A stretch of DNA of 64,000 bases from Macrostomum lignano (lineage: Eukaryota). Where the stretch lies: contig NIVC01000288.1 of NCBI GenBank assembly GCA_002269645.1, forward strand, positions 62,001 to 126,000, in the 5' to 3' direction. The notes beneath the pieces were generated by a model. That model worked only from the letters and a program-made list of their open reading frames with translations, was not told the DNA's origin and searched no databases. The number at the start of each line of letters is the position of its first letter. Within the stretch, counting starts at the first letter, position 1. Shown piece after piece: positions 1 through 14,385 of this stretch. The translations under genes and the position numbers were made by a program.

Positions 1-585
1 CAACAAGGTTTCGCGTGTCCGTTCATAACCCGAGCCTAATCAGCAGTGAGCTGCAGAAGCTGAGCGTCGTCATACATTTTCAGTTCTTACTCTCACACAA
101 GCTACGCGGGTAGAAGCTTAGCCCCGTTGCTCAATTTGGCCGGACGGGGGAGGGGGATGTGGGGGGTTGGCAGAGAGACGAATTGAGAACAGAACAAGAA
201 CCCCCGAGGGCTTGCACTGATCCCCAGCGTGTCCTCAGCATTCGTCTCTTGTCCTTCGTTCGGCTCCCTGTGGCCTGCTTCCATCCCATTCTCCTCACTC
301 GGTCTAATCTTATCCCCACCCCTACATCGTCTTTCCCAACATATCTTTCGCGCGAAGCCGTCCTTCTGCTCTGCGAGGATTTTTTTGAGTTAAAGTAATT
401 CCGTAGAGAAATATGGAACTGGAGCACTTCGAGATGGAGTGCCAGTAGCTGGAGTGAAGCAGCAGTGCCGATTGGAAAATTTCCTGTTTAATTTAATCTT
501 CTCATCGATGCTGTGGCACCGTCTTTAGTAGGCCTGCAACACAGCCTTGCTAACCTAATTGGTGAAACTCAAATTTAACCTGCAG

Positions 586-670
586 ACTCGCTCGTCAGTC
601 GTGCACCGGAAGCTACACCCCGCCACCAACGTCGCTGCAGCAGCCGCAGTCAGCACTGGACTTTGGCACC
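586..670 (+). CDS. Candidate upstream coding exon of the KIF26-like gene
   Basis: tttaacctgcag acceptor at 585 and gtgagt donor at 671. Open frame (1 nt + LARQSCTGSYTPPPTSLQQPQSALDFGT) ends in phase 0, compatible with the exon at 3195. No homology support. Confidence 0.4.
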
Positions 671-3194
671 GTGAGTCTCATGCCTTACTTTCCTTACCAA
701 GTGTTACAATTTGGTAAAGAGTTGCTCAAAGTACTTTTAGCTTAAGGCGAAGGGGTCGAGTAAAGGTGTGAAATTGTGTGCAATTTTATACTTCATTCCT
801 CTCTCGCCGTTTTCAATTTGGAGCTCCATCGCATCTGCCAGTCTCTCACATCTCCCCCCAGTCGCTGAAGTTCCCAAGCATTTGTCGGCAATTGCAATCA
901 TCTCGCGCCAACGTCCCAGGTCTCTCCGCCCCCCTCTCTCGTCCTGTTGATTGGCAATCAATAATTCATTATTTAGCTGAGGCTTGATACGTCAGCGGCG
1001 CCCTGAGAGTGTCCCTAACCCGCCAGACCTGAAGACCCACCTTTCTCGACGGCCCTGCAATTCAAAACTACTTCATGGAAGGCGAAGGCACAGGCCTATA
1101 GAGTTCATTGTTTTCCTTGGACTTCTCTTTTTCACCTGGGACAGAAAGTTTTTCTTTGAATTAGTTAAGCAATGCCGACTCTGAGAGAGTGAGCCCGCCC
1201 GACGTGCAACTGTTTCCACCTGTCTCCAACGTCAACGGCAAAATTAATTCCCAAGTATGAAAAAGTTATTGGAACGATTGGAACTTTGACTCTATAGTAT
1301 AGCGCACGCCTTGCGATTGCCACATCAACAATTCAAAAACACAACTTGGTTTTGATGTCACGTGCAGTGAAGAAAGGATCGCGGAAAAAATTGAAACCGA
1401 AAAGCTGCCAGATTCTGCGATACAACTGCGTCGCCAAATACAATTTTAGATTTTCGTTTTCTTTTGCCATTCTTTGAAGCCGTGGAAAAATTCTTTAAAG
1501 AAATCCTTGCCAGCGTTGTGTAGCGAGGCTTAAGTTTACCTTTTTCCTGCGACTGTAGCAAGAAATGACTATGCATGCGCTGAAGCCAAAAAAGGAACGA
1601 AGAATATGGGATGAAGGAAGCGCTGACGAAGACAGTCGCAGCTCGTATCCAGCATCCAACTTACCTGTTTTTCTAAGGATTTCTATCCCCAAGCAAAGAG
1701 GTCGTAGTCATAGCTAGTTGCAATATTTTGACACCCTAATACCCGGGGATTCCCCTAGCTCCAGAATGGATGCGATGCGGGTCCGTGTGGGGTCTGTGAC
1801 CTGTCAAAATTCTTCGCTTTCAAACAAAGACGACTGTCGGTCGTGACTTGCTGCTACATGGGCCCGTGCGCAGGATGACTGAATATCCGAACGAAAATGA
1901 TTGATCTTGTTCAACATCAACATGCCGCTCGGAAATTTATTGTAGATAAATGAGTCAAGCTGTTCAGAAGCTGGAACTTAAAATTTGATAGGCCCAACTT
2001 CAACTCAAGCTGAATGCCCTTATTTGTCCCACTAGATCAGTAGGTTCAATCTGCGAATGTCCCCGTTTGTTTCCAAATGGATCACTGACACTAATTCTGG
2101 ACTAATAACTTAATAAGATCCGAAATTATTGAATTCTCCCCCCGTGACGCACCCTCATGGGAAAAATAGCCCTATAGCATACTGAGTGAGCTTTCGCTGT
2201 CTGGCTGGTTCAGCAAGTAGTACACGATCAATCAATTTTCTGCCCGCAAGGTCCCCCCCAATGCCGCTCGGTCGGGACTCGGGCGCTGCAGCTGGGGGGG
2301 GGAGGCAGCGGTGGCTCCCCAGATCAGCGATCCGGGATCAATCGCAGTCGAAAAGAGAGAGAGAAAAAATGGGGAAAAGGCACAAGGATTTTCTCCGAGC
2401 ACCAACCAGCTCCATCCAGCCCTCGACAAAATGACAAATTGCTTTGCCTTTATTAGCATTTTCTCTTTGCAGCCTGCCAGCTCCATCGTCGCAGTTTCTG
2501 CCTTCACTTTCATCTGATCAGGGGACTCAGAGCCTTCTGAACTGTACAGTAAAAGCCGTTTCAGCCAAAATGCTTATTGGATTGAAGTATAACGTAGATT
2601 ATTAAAATGACGATTATTCGATTATATTCAATTTTTTGTATAACGTAAAAAATCGGTGCACAAAGCCAAAATTAATCGAAGCTTTGATATTTGGAAGTTT
2701 CTAAACGCTAATGTTTCCCATTATACTTTAATTTAGTCAGTTTCGGATAATTTTGCGTCATATCTTGTAAAGCACACTGTAAACATTCAGGCGCGCTGAG
2801 GCCACACAGTCAGAAGCTGCTGCATCAAGCAGTGATGCGTGAATTGTATATGAGCTACAGGACAGCTGCGCTAAATGTCAGTCGCTACTACTGGCTGACT
2901 GACCGCTTTGAGAATGCATTATTCATCCTGTATTCAGGCACCAGTGTATTGGGGGGGGAGGCTGGGCCCGTTTATTCTGTGCGACATCTGCGTGAGCAGG
3001 GTTGGCCGGGTGTGAGGCTATCCGTCGTCGACACCCTTTGCTAGAAATCGCGATTCTCTCGCCCACTGCCCCATCCGAGCGACAGAATATGATGAGCGTG
3101 CCAAAATTTAACTCAATTTACATATCGCAGCTCGTGTGTACAACCGCAGAATCAATTTCGTTTCATATTTTCACTATAATTCCGCGAATTTCAG

Positions 3195-3244
3195 ATGCAG
3201 CAACAGCAGATGGCTGATCACGGAGGACACGCCAGCTCTTCTAG
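3195..3244 (+). CDS. KIF26: KIF26-like exon (MQQQQMADHGGHASSS)
   Basis: ttcag acceptor, AG|gtgagt donor; phase 2 joins the A at 7455 to give AGA (R) in frame. Confidence 0.65.
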
Positions 3245-6200
3245 GTGAGTCACGAACTGTCCAGTGTTTCGAGACTTTCTTTTCACTGAGCATTAGTTGC
3301 GGCCTCATTCCGATTCCGAGCACGCGAGGGGGTCACGTTTGAGAGTTGAAACACTGGCGGAGAGTTTCCTTCTTCTTTCTTACTTCTTTTTTTCCTTCCA
3401 TTCCTCGGCGTCCCCTCGGTTTCTTCCAGCAGAAGTGTCTCAATCTCATCTTGAATCGGACGGAGCTCCCACCACCATTTTTTTCTAACTCATCCCATGA
3501 GATCTATCTTCTCTGTCTAACCGTCCCGCCCTCCAAGTGTCCATCCCCAGTGTCTCTCTCTCTCTTCCCCCTTGCCTCTACTTTCCTCTCGTCCCTTCTT
3601 CTTCTTCTTCTCTCAACTGCTGCTGCAGAGTCTTCTTCAAAATTTTCTTGATTCGGCATCGCTGCCAGAAATAAGAAACTTATATACACATATGAGTATA
3701 TATACATATCCACAGGACTTACCGTTCTATAGGAGAAAGTATCTCCACCCCTCCTCCTAAACTGCAGACTTTCTATCATCTGCTCATTTCGTCGATATCC
3801 ATTTCTCTACACTTCAGCCAGCCTCTTGCATAGCGACTTCCTCCCTCCGCCTGTGCCAGGCTCTCCATTGTTAATAAGGCAGCAGATTTCTTTTCTCCAA
3901 TATCCGAGGTCCCCCCCCGACTCTTGACCTGCGTATATGATGGTTCTTCCAATACATACTGATAGGGGAGAGGTCCCCGGTCACTCTTCAGCTTGAGAAC
4001 TTGACGCATTTGATGGATCTGTGCCAAGACGCTTTAGCTCTTTCTTATCTTGCCCCGCGCAAGATCCGCAAGGGTTTGACCCCTGGATTGATAAGCTCAC
4101 ACAGCCATCATCAGGTCTCTATAGTAGGCTGTTTGATTGACAGGCCTTAGTCAGTTCTGGTCTCTTTCTCTCTTATTATTTTGCTTGATTCCTCAGTTCC
4201 TTTCCCTGAGGCATAAAGTCTCTTAGCTAGTGGTCCCTCAATCCCGGCTGCTGTTTTGACCAGCCATTATGTCCAGTGCCCTCGCTGACCCACTCCTGAT
4301 CCTCTCAGCTGACCATTACATTGTAGTTTTGATCTCTTGCTGTTGTCCCATTAATTATTAATAGTTTGTAGCAAGTGAACAGTCGACCGTGAATTGTCAC
4401 TCAGTCAGTCAGCAATTTTCTCAGAGAATGGAGTTGACACTGTCTCCTGTTCTAGAGTGTCAGGTTGCCTAGGCTAAATGATTGATAGTCTAAAATCAGG
4501 GTGACGGTCGAACGCTTGCTGCAGTGAGGCACCTAGGCTAAGAAATTAGTTACTTAAGCTGACTGAATTCCCAAAGCAACCAGTTAGGGCAAAACAGTCT
4601 TATCAAAGGCACTGGCACGGTTGGAGAATCAGTATACATAAATTTTCGATCCTAATCTATGCAGTCCAAGCTTTTTATAGCTTGATGATAGACTGGTAGC
4701 GAGGCAGCTATAAAAGTACAATCTTTCAGTCATTGTTGTCTCAGGATACGAGTACGGACGTCGGGGCGCCAGGAGGCCCCAAGCAAACACAGAAACTGGA
4801 GTTGCTAGGGCGCTTTCTTTACTTGTTCCCAGTGCGCGTTTACTTATTGAACTGCTCGCTACTTGCTGTATTTGTTCTTTTGTCTTGTTAAATTGCCGAG
4901 AGAGAGGTGGCGTGAAGTGTGTTTGGGTTTGTCTTCTTTTAGTACTAGAAGACTACAGTAAGAAAAGATTAGCGAAGTTATACCCGATCTGGGATGAATT
5001 CAACCGGGTTCGAAAGTGAAATAAAAATATTGTACTGCAACGACCCAGCTCCAAGAACTTGAATTGCTCAAGACCAGCATATAAGGAAGGGCCTGGTGGC
5101 TTAGCTATTTTCGCGAATTGACTCACTAGCCTGGCCAGACCATAAAAGAACCAGCAAATTCACTTTTTAACAGAGTGAAGTCACGAACCTCTGCAAACTT
5201 GAATTTTAGAAGCAGCTGGCTTAGCATAAAAATTCTCTCTGAAAATATTCAGTTTTGATAGTTCAAAACTAGTTAATTCGTCTCGTTATGATGCATAGAA
5301 ATCTTTAGTGATTAAAGACTACCCCTGGTATTCATTCGGCCACATTCATTTGGGGCTTGTGTGTGCCCAGGGGGTTTGTGGTGCTCAGGACTCAGTGGAA
5401 TCGGCAGAATTGCCTCGGCGCAATCTCTGGCAATTTTCGTATTATAGTGACTAGAAAAATTTGTGAATGAGGAAAATTTGTTACAACTCCTAGGCGGATT
5501 TCAAATTTTATTTACAAGCATTTAGCATTTCGTTAAGGTGCTTTACAAGAAACTGTTGGGCCCTGCTTCCAGTGCAGGTCTTCAGGCATCCGTGGAATAT
5601 ACGAGCATAGAAGACAATAAAAATATGCTTTCTGGCTTTGAATAGAAAGCCAAAGCAATAAACTTCAGTTCTCGTAAAAGCCAGACTTCAGCTGCCTCTT
5701 GTTTTGGCTGTTTGGAGAGTTTTAACAAAGAGACAAGACGGATTTGCTGTAGTTTTAGGCAGCATTGTTTCTGCCGGATGTCAAATTATTACTTTGGCGT
5801 TGGGTGTTTTTATCGCTCAATGCGAGCGTATTGGGCCCGCCCGCATTTACCAAAGTTTGTCAGCGAAAGCTGGAAATGTAACTTTTCCCTCTTCTAAATG
5901 TCCTTTTATATACAACTTACTACAGCAGAAACTGCCTGCCAATTTCAGCAGTTTTTCAATCTCCAGCCGGCGCTCTTCCCGAATCTCACTTCACTTTCAA
6001 GGGGGCCTCGCGGACTAAGTTTAGCCACGACGACCCCCAGCAGCAATGACGAATGAAGGGGGGCGAGGGCCTAAATCGGGATAAGAGAGAGGGGAAGAGG
6101 CTTGAATGAGGAGAAAGAGTGAGGGAGAGAGGTCGCCTACGACGTAGAGCTTTGCGGTCTAAACGACGCCTAGGGAGGTCCTCCTCATTTGTCAATTCGC

Positions 6201-9200
6201 GGGTCCATCCTCCTCGAGGCCTGCATTTGAGGGGTGGGGAACGGGTGCAGCATGTGGGCGGGCAGCAGCAGCAGCATTACCATAAGAGCCAAGGCGCAGA
6301 ACATCTCTTTCCTTCCCCTCCTGCGGCTCCTATACTCCCTCAGTTGGCGACACTGCCTGTCCGTCATCCATCTTATTCCCCAGCGGCCGTCATTCTCGCA
6401 ATCTATGGAAGCTTGAAATCCTACCAGAAATCTTCTTCGTTTTTGCGCCAACTTGAAAAAACAAAGTTGGCCACTCAAAATTGGTCAGTGTGTGTATGTG
6501 TGTGCGCGCGCTGTTTTCCAAAGAACAACCAGCCATAGGAACTGATGTCTCAAAAGCAACGAAAAATACCTTTGACTTGCAAAACCGGGTAACGAGCTGA
6601 GTCCGAACTTATTACCCGGGCAACCGGCACTCTACCAGCGAACAGACAGACACTTGGTGCATTGTTGTTCTCAAATTGATTGCTGTTGAAAAACATTCTA
6701 TAGCTTAAGCCTAGCTAATTAATTAGTTAGTAAACCCCCTGTCAGCTTGAAGTAATCTACAGTATCCTGTTAACCAGAGCAGTATCTGTCTGAGTTCTCG
6801 TCCGACCAAAAAAATTGAATATGCCCGCTCGATCAGACCGTCCCAGTCTGCACTCGAAAATGCAAATGCGTTGTCGGGTGCTGGGGGGGGACGCACAGAG
6901 ATGGATAGAAGTGGCACAAATTGTTTGCCTCCTTGATGAGTAGAAGGACGAACCGGAGCAATAGTTGTGACTGGGGCCCGGGCAGTGCCGGGGCAGAGAC
7001 AGGGACGGGCAACTCGAAATTGAATCAAATCCTCGGTCAGTCGCTATGGCCCGGCCTTCGTTTTTTGGTTCGTTTGCGGCATAGCAACTAATTCGAATTA
7101 CCGTCCTCAAATGTGCCATTCTCCCCATTTTTTCCTCGGCACTTTGGGTTACTCGGTGCTCGGACTGGAATCTGCTTGATTAACCAAAATTCGAAAGAAC
7201 TTCCATTTCTATAACTTTCTTGCTTGCACTGATTCGAATTCAAAAAACCATGTGGAGTTCAGAAACTTGAGAGACATATTAGAAACAATGTCTATTGTCG
7301 CCTTCCATGTCCTTAAAAGTCCTTGACAAGTGCCAGCAGTCCATGATCTTCTATTGACGAAACACCCATCTCAATCTTTCTGAGGGATTTTGGATTTCTA
7401 AAAAAAATCTTGGATGACTAGTGTTACTGATGAATTTACCTTATCTCTCTTTAGATCCACTGGTAGCCGATCTGCTCAACAGCAGCATCAACAGCTGCAG
7501 CAACAGCAGCAAGGCAGCCCTAGCGTAGCCAGGAAGAAGCGACATCATCAGCAGCATCAGCAGCCAAGGTTTGGCACGAGATTCGCTGACACAATCCGCA
7601 CTGGAATGCCGCCGGTGCCACCAGAGCTGGCGGCTGCCGCTGCCGCCGGCCAGACCTGCCCGCTGCCAACTGCTGGAGGAAAGGTGAGGAAATCGAATAG
7701 CGACTTTGTTCTTTGTGGTTTTTGTTGAACAGGTCGCACAGGTCCTTCTGCGGGAGACAAAGTGTCTTCAGTTCCTTCTGAGGGAGACACAGTACCTTCA
7801 GTTCCTTCTGAGGGAGACACAGTACCTTCAGTTCCTTCTGAGCGAGACACAGTACCTTCAGTTCCTTCTGAGCGAGACACAGTACCTTCAGTTCCTTCTG
7901 AGGGAGACACAGTACCTTCAGTTCCTTCTGAGGGAGACACAGTACCTTCAGTTCCTTCTGAGCGAGACACAGTACCTTCAGTTCCTTCTGAGGGAGACAC
8001 AGTACCTTCAGTTCCTTCTGAGGGAGACACAGTACCTTCAGTTCCTTCTGAGAGAGCCACAGTAGAGCTACCTTAAGTTTCTTCTGAGGGAGACGCAGTA
8101 CCTCAGGCATTTTTTCCATACGGTACCCGATGTCTTCCAGAAGGTTCCGTACGGTACCCAATGTCTCCGGTACCCGATGTCTTCCAGGAGGTTCCATACG
8201 GTACCCAATGTCTTCCAGAAAGTTCCATACGGTACCCGATGTCTTCCAGAAGGTTCCATACGGTACCCAATGTCTTCCAGAAGGTTCCATACGGTACCCG
8301 ATGTTTTCCAGAAGGTTCCATACGGTACCCGATGTCTTCCAGAAGGTTCCATACGGTACCCGATGTCTTCCAGAAGGTTCCATACGGTACCCGATGTCTT
8401 CCAGAAGGTTCCATACGGTACCCAATGTCTTCCAGAAGGTTTCATACGGTACCCGATGTCTTCCAGAAGGTTTCATACGGTACCCGATGTCTAAGAAGAT
8501 TACATACTGTACCCAAGCTACGTAGAATTCAAGGCCCTACTGTAGGCACCATAAAACCGAGAAGATCTCATATGGAAGCGATTAACAGCAATAAAATGAA
8601 TAATAAGTGCAGCTTTTATTGCTGAGTTTTTTATACCTAATAGTTCAAATTTTATGGTTATCAAATAAAAACAAAAATTTCATACAAACTTGAAGCAGCA
8701 GGGCAAAAACTGTTTGACTAGGGGGGGGGGGTAGGGGGCTGTGGATACAGTGAAAATTAATTCTCTGTGCAGCATGACAGGTTAATTGCCAGGAAGCACA
8801 ACTTGCTGAGAGAGAAAGAGATCCGATGCTGCTCACTTCAAGCCGCTCTCTGGCCGCAGCTCACCAGTAGCCATCCCCTCTCCCCCCTCCATCCCCCCTT
8901 CCTCCCTCTTTGATCTCATAGCTTGGACCGCGAGTTACCGACCGCCCACACACGTCGACGCGGATATGACACTGGAGGACTGCAGGATAGATGCAGATTG
9001 ATTCTGATCACGCGGCATCGCCTTTGTGAATATTTTAGTAGCCCCCCTCCCCTCTGCACGCTCTGCATTCTCACATATCGTCAGTTTACGATCTCTACTC
9101 ACTGAGCAAGTGAGCTGCAGTGTCACTTCAAACAAACTTTTTTTGGCTAAGCAAAGAAAGTGCCAAGTCAAATTGAAACATTGAAAACAGTTGCAGGGTC

Positions 9201-10595
9201 CTTGTTCAAGACTGCTGAATGTACTGGATTAGACATGGAACTGTTTTTTTTAAGAATCAAGTGAAAAATTTGCAGATACGCTCTTAATAGCAAACAGATG
9301 TCTTCAGCATCCTCAGCAGCTTGTTTCCCCATCGTTTTATTTCCCATTTTTAGGCCTCAAATTAGAAGCGTAGAAGAATCAACGCCATTAAAATTTTGTT
9401 TTGATCAACAACAAAGCAAAAAACTTGGCAATAAAATCTTTCAACTCCTGGTTGCGAGAATTGCTGTGTAACTTGTTTAAAGAAGAAGAATTTTTGTCTT
9501 TGAAATTGGCAAGCAACTGTGTAGCTAGTTAAGTCTCAATTTTAGTGAGGTACGTGCCTAGTAATCCAGGTGTGTTAATCCAGCGCTCTAGTGGCATTTA
9601 AAAAATGACCCGGATTTTTCTTGAAGCGAGTTAAGACAAAAAATTTTTAAATTTAAGCCAATGCTCCTCAAAAGAACTAAGAATTGTAGATTAAGTTGAA
9701 GGAAATGCAAACTAAACACATTTCAGGTGAAGGTAGTGGTCAAGGTTGTCTCCAAAGACCCGTCAGCACCATCCAATTTGGCCGTGGACAGCCGTCGCAA
9801 GCAGGTGACAGTTTTCGACACGACTCCGCAGTACCACCGGAGCCAGGGCTCGCACAATGTGCCAAAGGCGTTCATCTACGATTCGGTGTTTACTGAGGAG
9901 AATAGTCTGGTAAGTGGCTGCTGAATTACCTTGAATAAGTTGGTTGGGCATTGAGCAGATCAGTCTGCCTCATTTCCGGACATGTTTCCGGAGGCAGGAT
10001 TGCTCAGTGGTCTGTGTGCACCCTGGCGCACTTTACGCGACATTGTCGCACAACCGGTGAGAGGCATTACTGCCCCTATTCCTGAGCAGGCGCACACTTA
10101 CACAGGAGTGTACAGCGGCCCTGATTTTATTTATCTTTAGGCATGTACACTTCAATTTACCTTGGGGGTTGGCCTTCAAGGTCGTTAGGGTCACGGCCCC
10201 CCTAGCTCTCTCGAGCCGCAACCTCTGGTTCACATTAATTTGGAGTTTTTGCACAAAAATTGGCCGGGGGTTGTGGTGCGTGTCCCAAGACGGCCGATCC
10301 CCAAGACACAGAGTGTACAACCCTGCGTGAACGTGTGGATGAGTCAGCTGTGGCTGTGGGCCGTTGTCGTCGAAGGCTTTGCGCCAGGGTGCAGTGCGCC
10401 AGGGTACAGTCCACAACCCTGGTGTGGTGCGAATATATAGAGCGTATACTGGCTGAGCTGAGGCAGTTTCTATTAAACCATATCTTTAGCGCTTTGAATA
10501 TCGGATTTATCATTTTAGTTTTGTAATAGAACAATAGCATCGGTTTGGTAGACAGATAAATTATGGAACCACCAATGCTTGTTGGATAATTGAAT

Positions 10596-10668
<73 letters not shown>

Positions 10669-13600
10669 ACAATTCGATACTCTTTTATGATAGCCATCGG
10701 GACTAAAAAAATCGGAAGCGTTGTAATTCAAGCATTTGTCTGGATGTTTTTTCCGGGATGGGCACAACTCCAGTGAGGGAGGGTAGGTGGCAGACAGTCC
10801 AGGGATCTGGAAAGCTTTCATGTTCTATTTTTGAGGCAATAGGACGGTCGGGCGCCAAGTGGCAATAAAAGTTTTTCTCTGAATTTTTGTGATTTACAAC
10901 CTGCGAGTTAGTTGGTGGCTAGGCTACGCGGTCTGCCGATAAAGAAAAAAATTGAGAGAGAAACGGTCATGACAAAAATGTGGGCATTTGCAATAGGCAC
11001 TGTAATGCCTGGTCTAAGCTCGTAGATCTTTATTGTCCAACGTAAAGGCATTCTTTCATTCAAGCGTTTCACCCGAATTCACCAACAGCCCGAACTGTGC
11101 GCCTCTGCATTACCGGACATCATCCAGGGTGTTGTTAACGGCACCGACGGTTGCGTCTTCGTATTCGGCTACGGCAATCTTGGTAAGTCTTCCACACCCT
11201 GTACTGATCCACAAGAGTTTGACACGACAGAGATGGGAGAGAAGACATCTGAGAAGAGACGCTAACCTTGAACGGGCTATCGTGAAGTTTCACAGGACCC
11301 GGGGACGGATAGAGAGGCTTCGCAGGTAGGATGTGATGAAAACTGGGGGTAGGGGGCGCAGAAGTTTGCCATACATTGCTTCTTTTCTTCATTAAAACTT
11401 TCAAAATATTTGCTTTCATGTAACCGACCGGAGGAAAGTCAAAAAGTGGTTTTTTGAATAGAGAGCTACGAACTACAGTCGAAGCACAAAAACTGTTATT
11501 ACTGCCTTTCGGCACGCCGCCGATGCGGTATAAAGAGACGAAGGCAAGAAAAATGTCTTAGCTAGTATACTCGTAAAAAATATGATTCAGCGGTCCCTCA
11601 CGTTGAAAGTCCGAACGGCGCTGAGAGCCCTAAGCCAGTACGCCGACCAGTAAGCCTTTCATCTTGCTGTCTCCTTTGCGGCGCTGAAAGAAAATGGAGA
11701 GCCGCAGTGGCGCACTGATCTGGCAAATAAAATGTAGCCCATGGTAATGTATGCTGGCGTCCACAGCTGAGAGTGTCCGACTGTGAGGGTAGCTGAAAGA
11801 AGGCATCCGTTACTGGGCGACTGGGCGACCCACGAATTGGACTCTTAGAAGAGTGTTGGGGTTAGAATGGGGCAAAAAAGATTATAGAGGAAGTGGCGGA
11901 AGTGGCCGCTTTTGTTTTTCTGCCTCTCCCGGACGGTCAAAGCGCTACAAGGACGAAAAAATCTTTCAATAACTCGCGGACACCACACACCGCGGACACC
12001 ACACACATCGTTGGCCATCAACCCCCAGCTTTAACACCTTTCTATCCCAACTTTTATTTGCGTTTTAATCACTTTTACTTTGCTAAGGGATCGCAGACTA
12101 CTGACAGGCTCCGAAAAAACTTGAAACGTGTCTCTTCTTCGTATCTTTTCTCTAGATCTAAAGTCTACAGATGCTGCACCAAGGCGGTCTAGGTTGCTGG
12201 GTGGCCTGGTCGGTGAAACATGGCCCAATAAACCCCTCTCTAATTTCGTATCCTACGCAGGCAAGACGCACACCATGATGGGTAGCGACGTGTCGCCGGG
12301 CAGCCTGGGAGTCATACCGTGCGCAATCGCGTGGCTGTTCCACCTGATCCAGGAGCAGCAGCGGCAGCAGCACAGCACCGCGCGCTATTCTGTTCGAGTC
12401 AGCGCCGTCGAGGTGCAGGGGCGCGACGAGGATCTGCGCGATCTTCTCGCGGGGGAGGCCGGCTCTTCGGGTGCCGCGTCGGCGGAGGTGTACCTCAGAG
12501 AAGACCCAATCTCAGGAGCGCAGCTTGAGAACCAGTCGGAGCTCCGCGCCCCAACGGCGGAGAAGGCAGCGCACTATCTGGATGCGGCGCTGTACGCTAG
12601 GTCGCAGATGCAGCAACAGCAGAATGGCATGTCGCACCTGCTTTTCACTTTGCACCTGTACCAATACAGAGTCGAACGCAGCGGTCACGGTCGCGGCGTT
12701 GCTGGTGGACGCTCCAGACTGCACCTGATTGATCTTGGCTCCGGCAGGACCTCCCGAGATTCAGGATATCCTGCATTGAGCCTAGCCGCCCTAGGCAATG
12801 TTCTGATATCGCTAGTCAATGGCCAGAGGCAAATACCAAACAGGGAATCCAAGCTGGGCCAGTTGCTACGGGAAGCGCTGGGTTCGCTCACTTGTCGCGC
12901 ATGCATGATCTGCCAAGTGTCCTCGAGTTTGCAGCACAGCACGGAGTCGCTGCAAATCCTGCAGTTTGCTAACAAAATTCAACGACTGCGCAGGCGGGGC
13001 GGGAAGTTGACAAGCAACAGCTCGGACAGCTCAAGCTGCGATAGTTTCGGTGTCAGGCGCGCCGGTCGCATGCGGCCGCCGCAGATGGGGCTGGTGATGG
13101 CGTCAGCGAGACTGAACGCTGTCACCTCGCAGAGCGAAGTAGACTACAGCTCGAGCAGCGAGCAGAGCTGCGACACCGTCATATTTGCTGGCGGCTACAT
13201 GACTGATAACGAGCATCCGCCTGGTGCAGCGGCTGCCGCCGTTGCACGACGGCTGGCCCAGGTGTCGTCGAGCGAGGACTCCGACACTGGAACCGAGACT
13301 GGCGGCAGCGGAGGCGGCAGCGGCAGGCGGGTTCCGCGCACCAACGCCAGGGCGCGGCCCAGCCTAGGAGGCCGCCTGGTCGGGAAGATAACCGCAGTGG
13401 AAGCCCTGTCCATGCAGCCCGAGCAGTGGATCGATGGACCGAAAGCGATGCAGACGCCGATCCCGGCACCGTTGCAGCCGTCTCACGTCCAGCATGCGCC
13501 GAACGTTCCATCGGCGTTAAAAGTGACTCAGAAGGCGGCCCCACCCGTGTGCAACGAGCGCTGGATTGATGGTCCTAACGCTTCGCCGCCATCCACGGAG

Positions 13601-14353
13601 GAGCGTCACCACAGGCCGGAGCCTTTCCAGTCACTGCAGCCCGCGCCACCACCTGCGACGCCTCATCAGCCTGCTCATCTTTCTGGTCAGCTGAACCCAC
13701 CGCTTCCAGTGAAACCACCTGAACCGCAACGCAAAGACGCAGAGACGCAATCCGAGGAGCCATACGAGTCCGAAAGCTCCACCAGCACCTACAGCACTCT
13801 GGAGCGAGGAAATCAGCGTGTGCTCAGTGATATCAGCGAAAAAACCGAGGACACTTCCGGAAAAAGCGGCCAGGAAGGAGAAGACGAAGACGAAGCTGAA
13901 GCAACGGAGCAACAGTCGAAGCCACCGTCGCCGCCGAAGACGATTGATCTCGACGAGGAGTCGACGAACAACGATGTACTGGAACGCATCGAGATTCCTT
14001 CAGCGCCGCCGTTGGCTCAGCCTTCAGCAGTCCTAGCATCGTCATCCTCCACTGGTGAGAGGACACCAAAACGACACCAACTGGCAGCTCAGCCTCCAAT
14101 GCAAACTCACCACCATAGGCAAGGCTTGTCCTCTCTGCCAAGACTGCGTAGTACTCCCGAGGTGCCTGAACCTTCAAACTCTTCGACAACGTGTGCTGGA
14201 AGTCGGGTGAAGCCGTTCGTTCACGACTGGGTCGAGAAGCACTCGAGCCCTGAGTCGTGCGACTGCTCCGCTTACGGCGATGATTGCGACAAAACCGAAG
14301 CCAGCAAGGCGAGAATTCAGTGTCGGAAAAAGCATAAGCAGAAGCCGCAGCAG

Positions 14354-14385
<32 letters not shown>

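Noticed and set aside
3776-4240. Possible decayed RTE-like non-LTR fragment on - (AYYRDL...)
   Set aside because: Only a few residues resemble non-LTR ORF2, with many stops; not supportable without a search.
6119-6538. 139 aa ORF with QQQQH inside a KIF26 intron as an alternative exon
   Set aside because: No convincing acceptor/donor pair in a compatible phase, and no homology.
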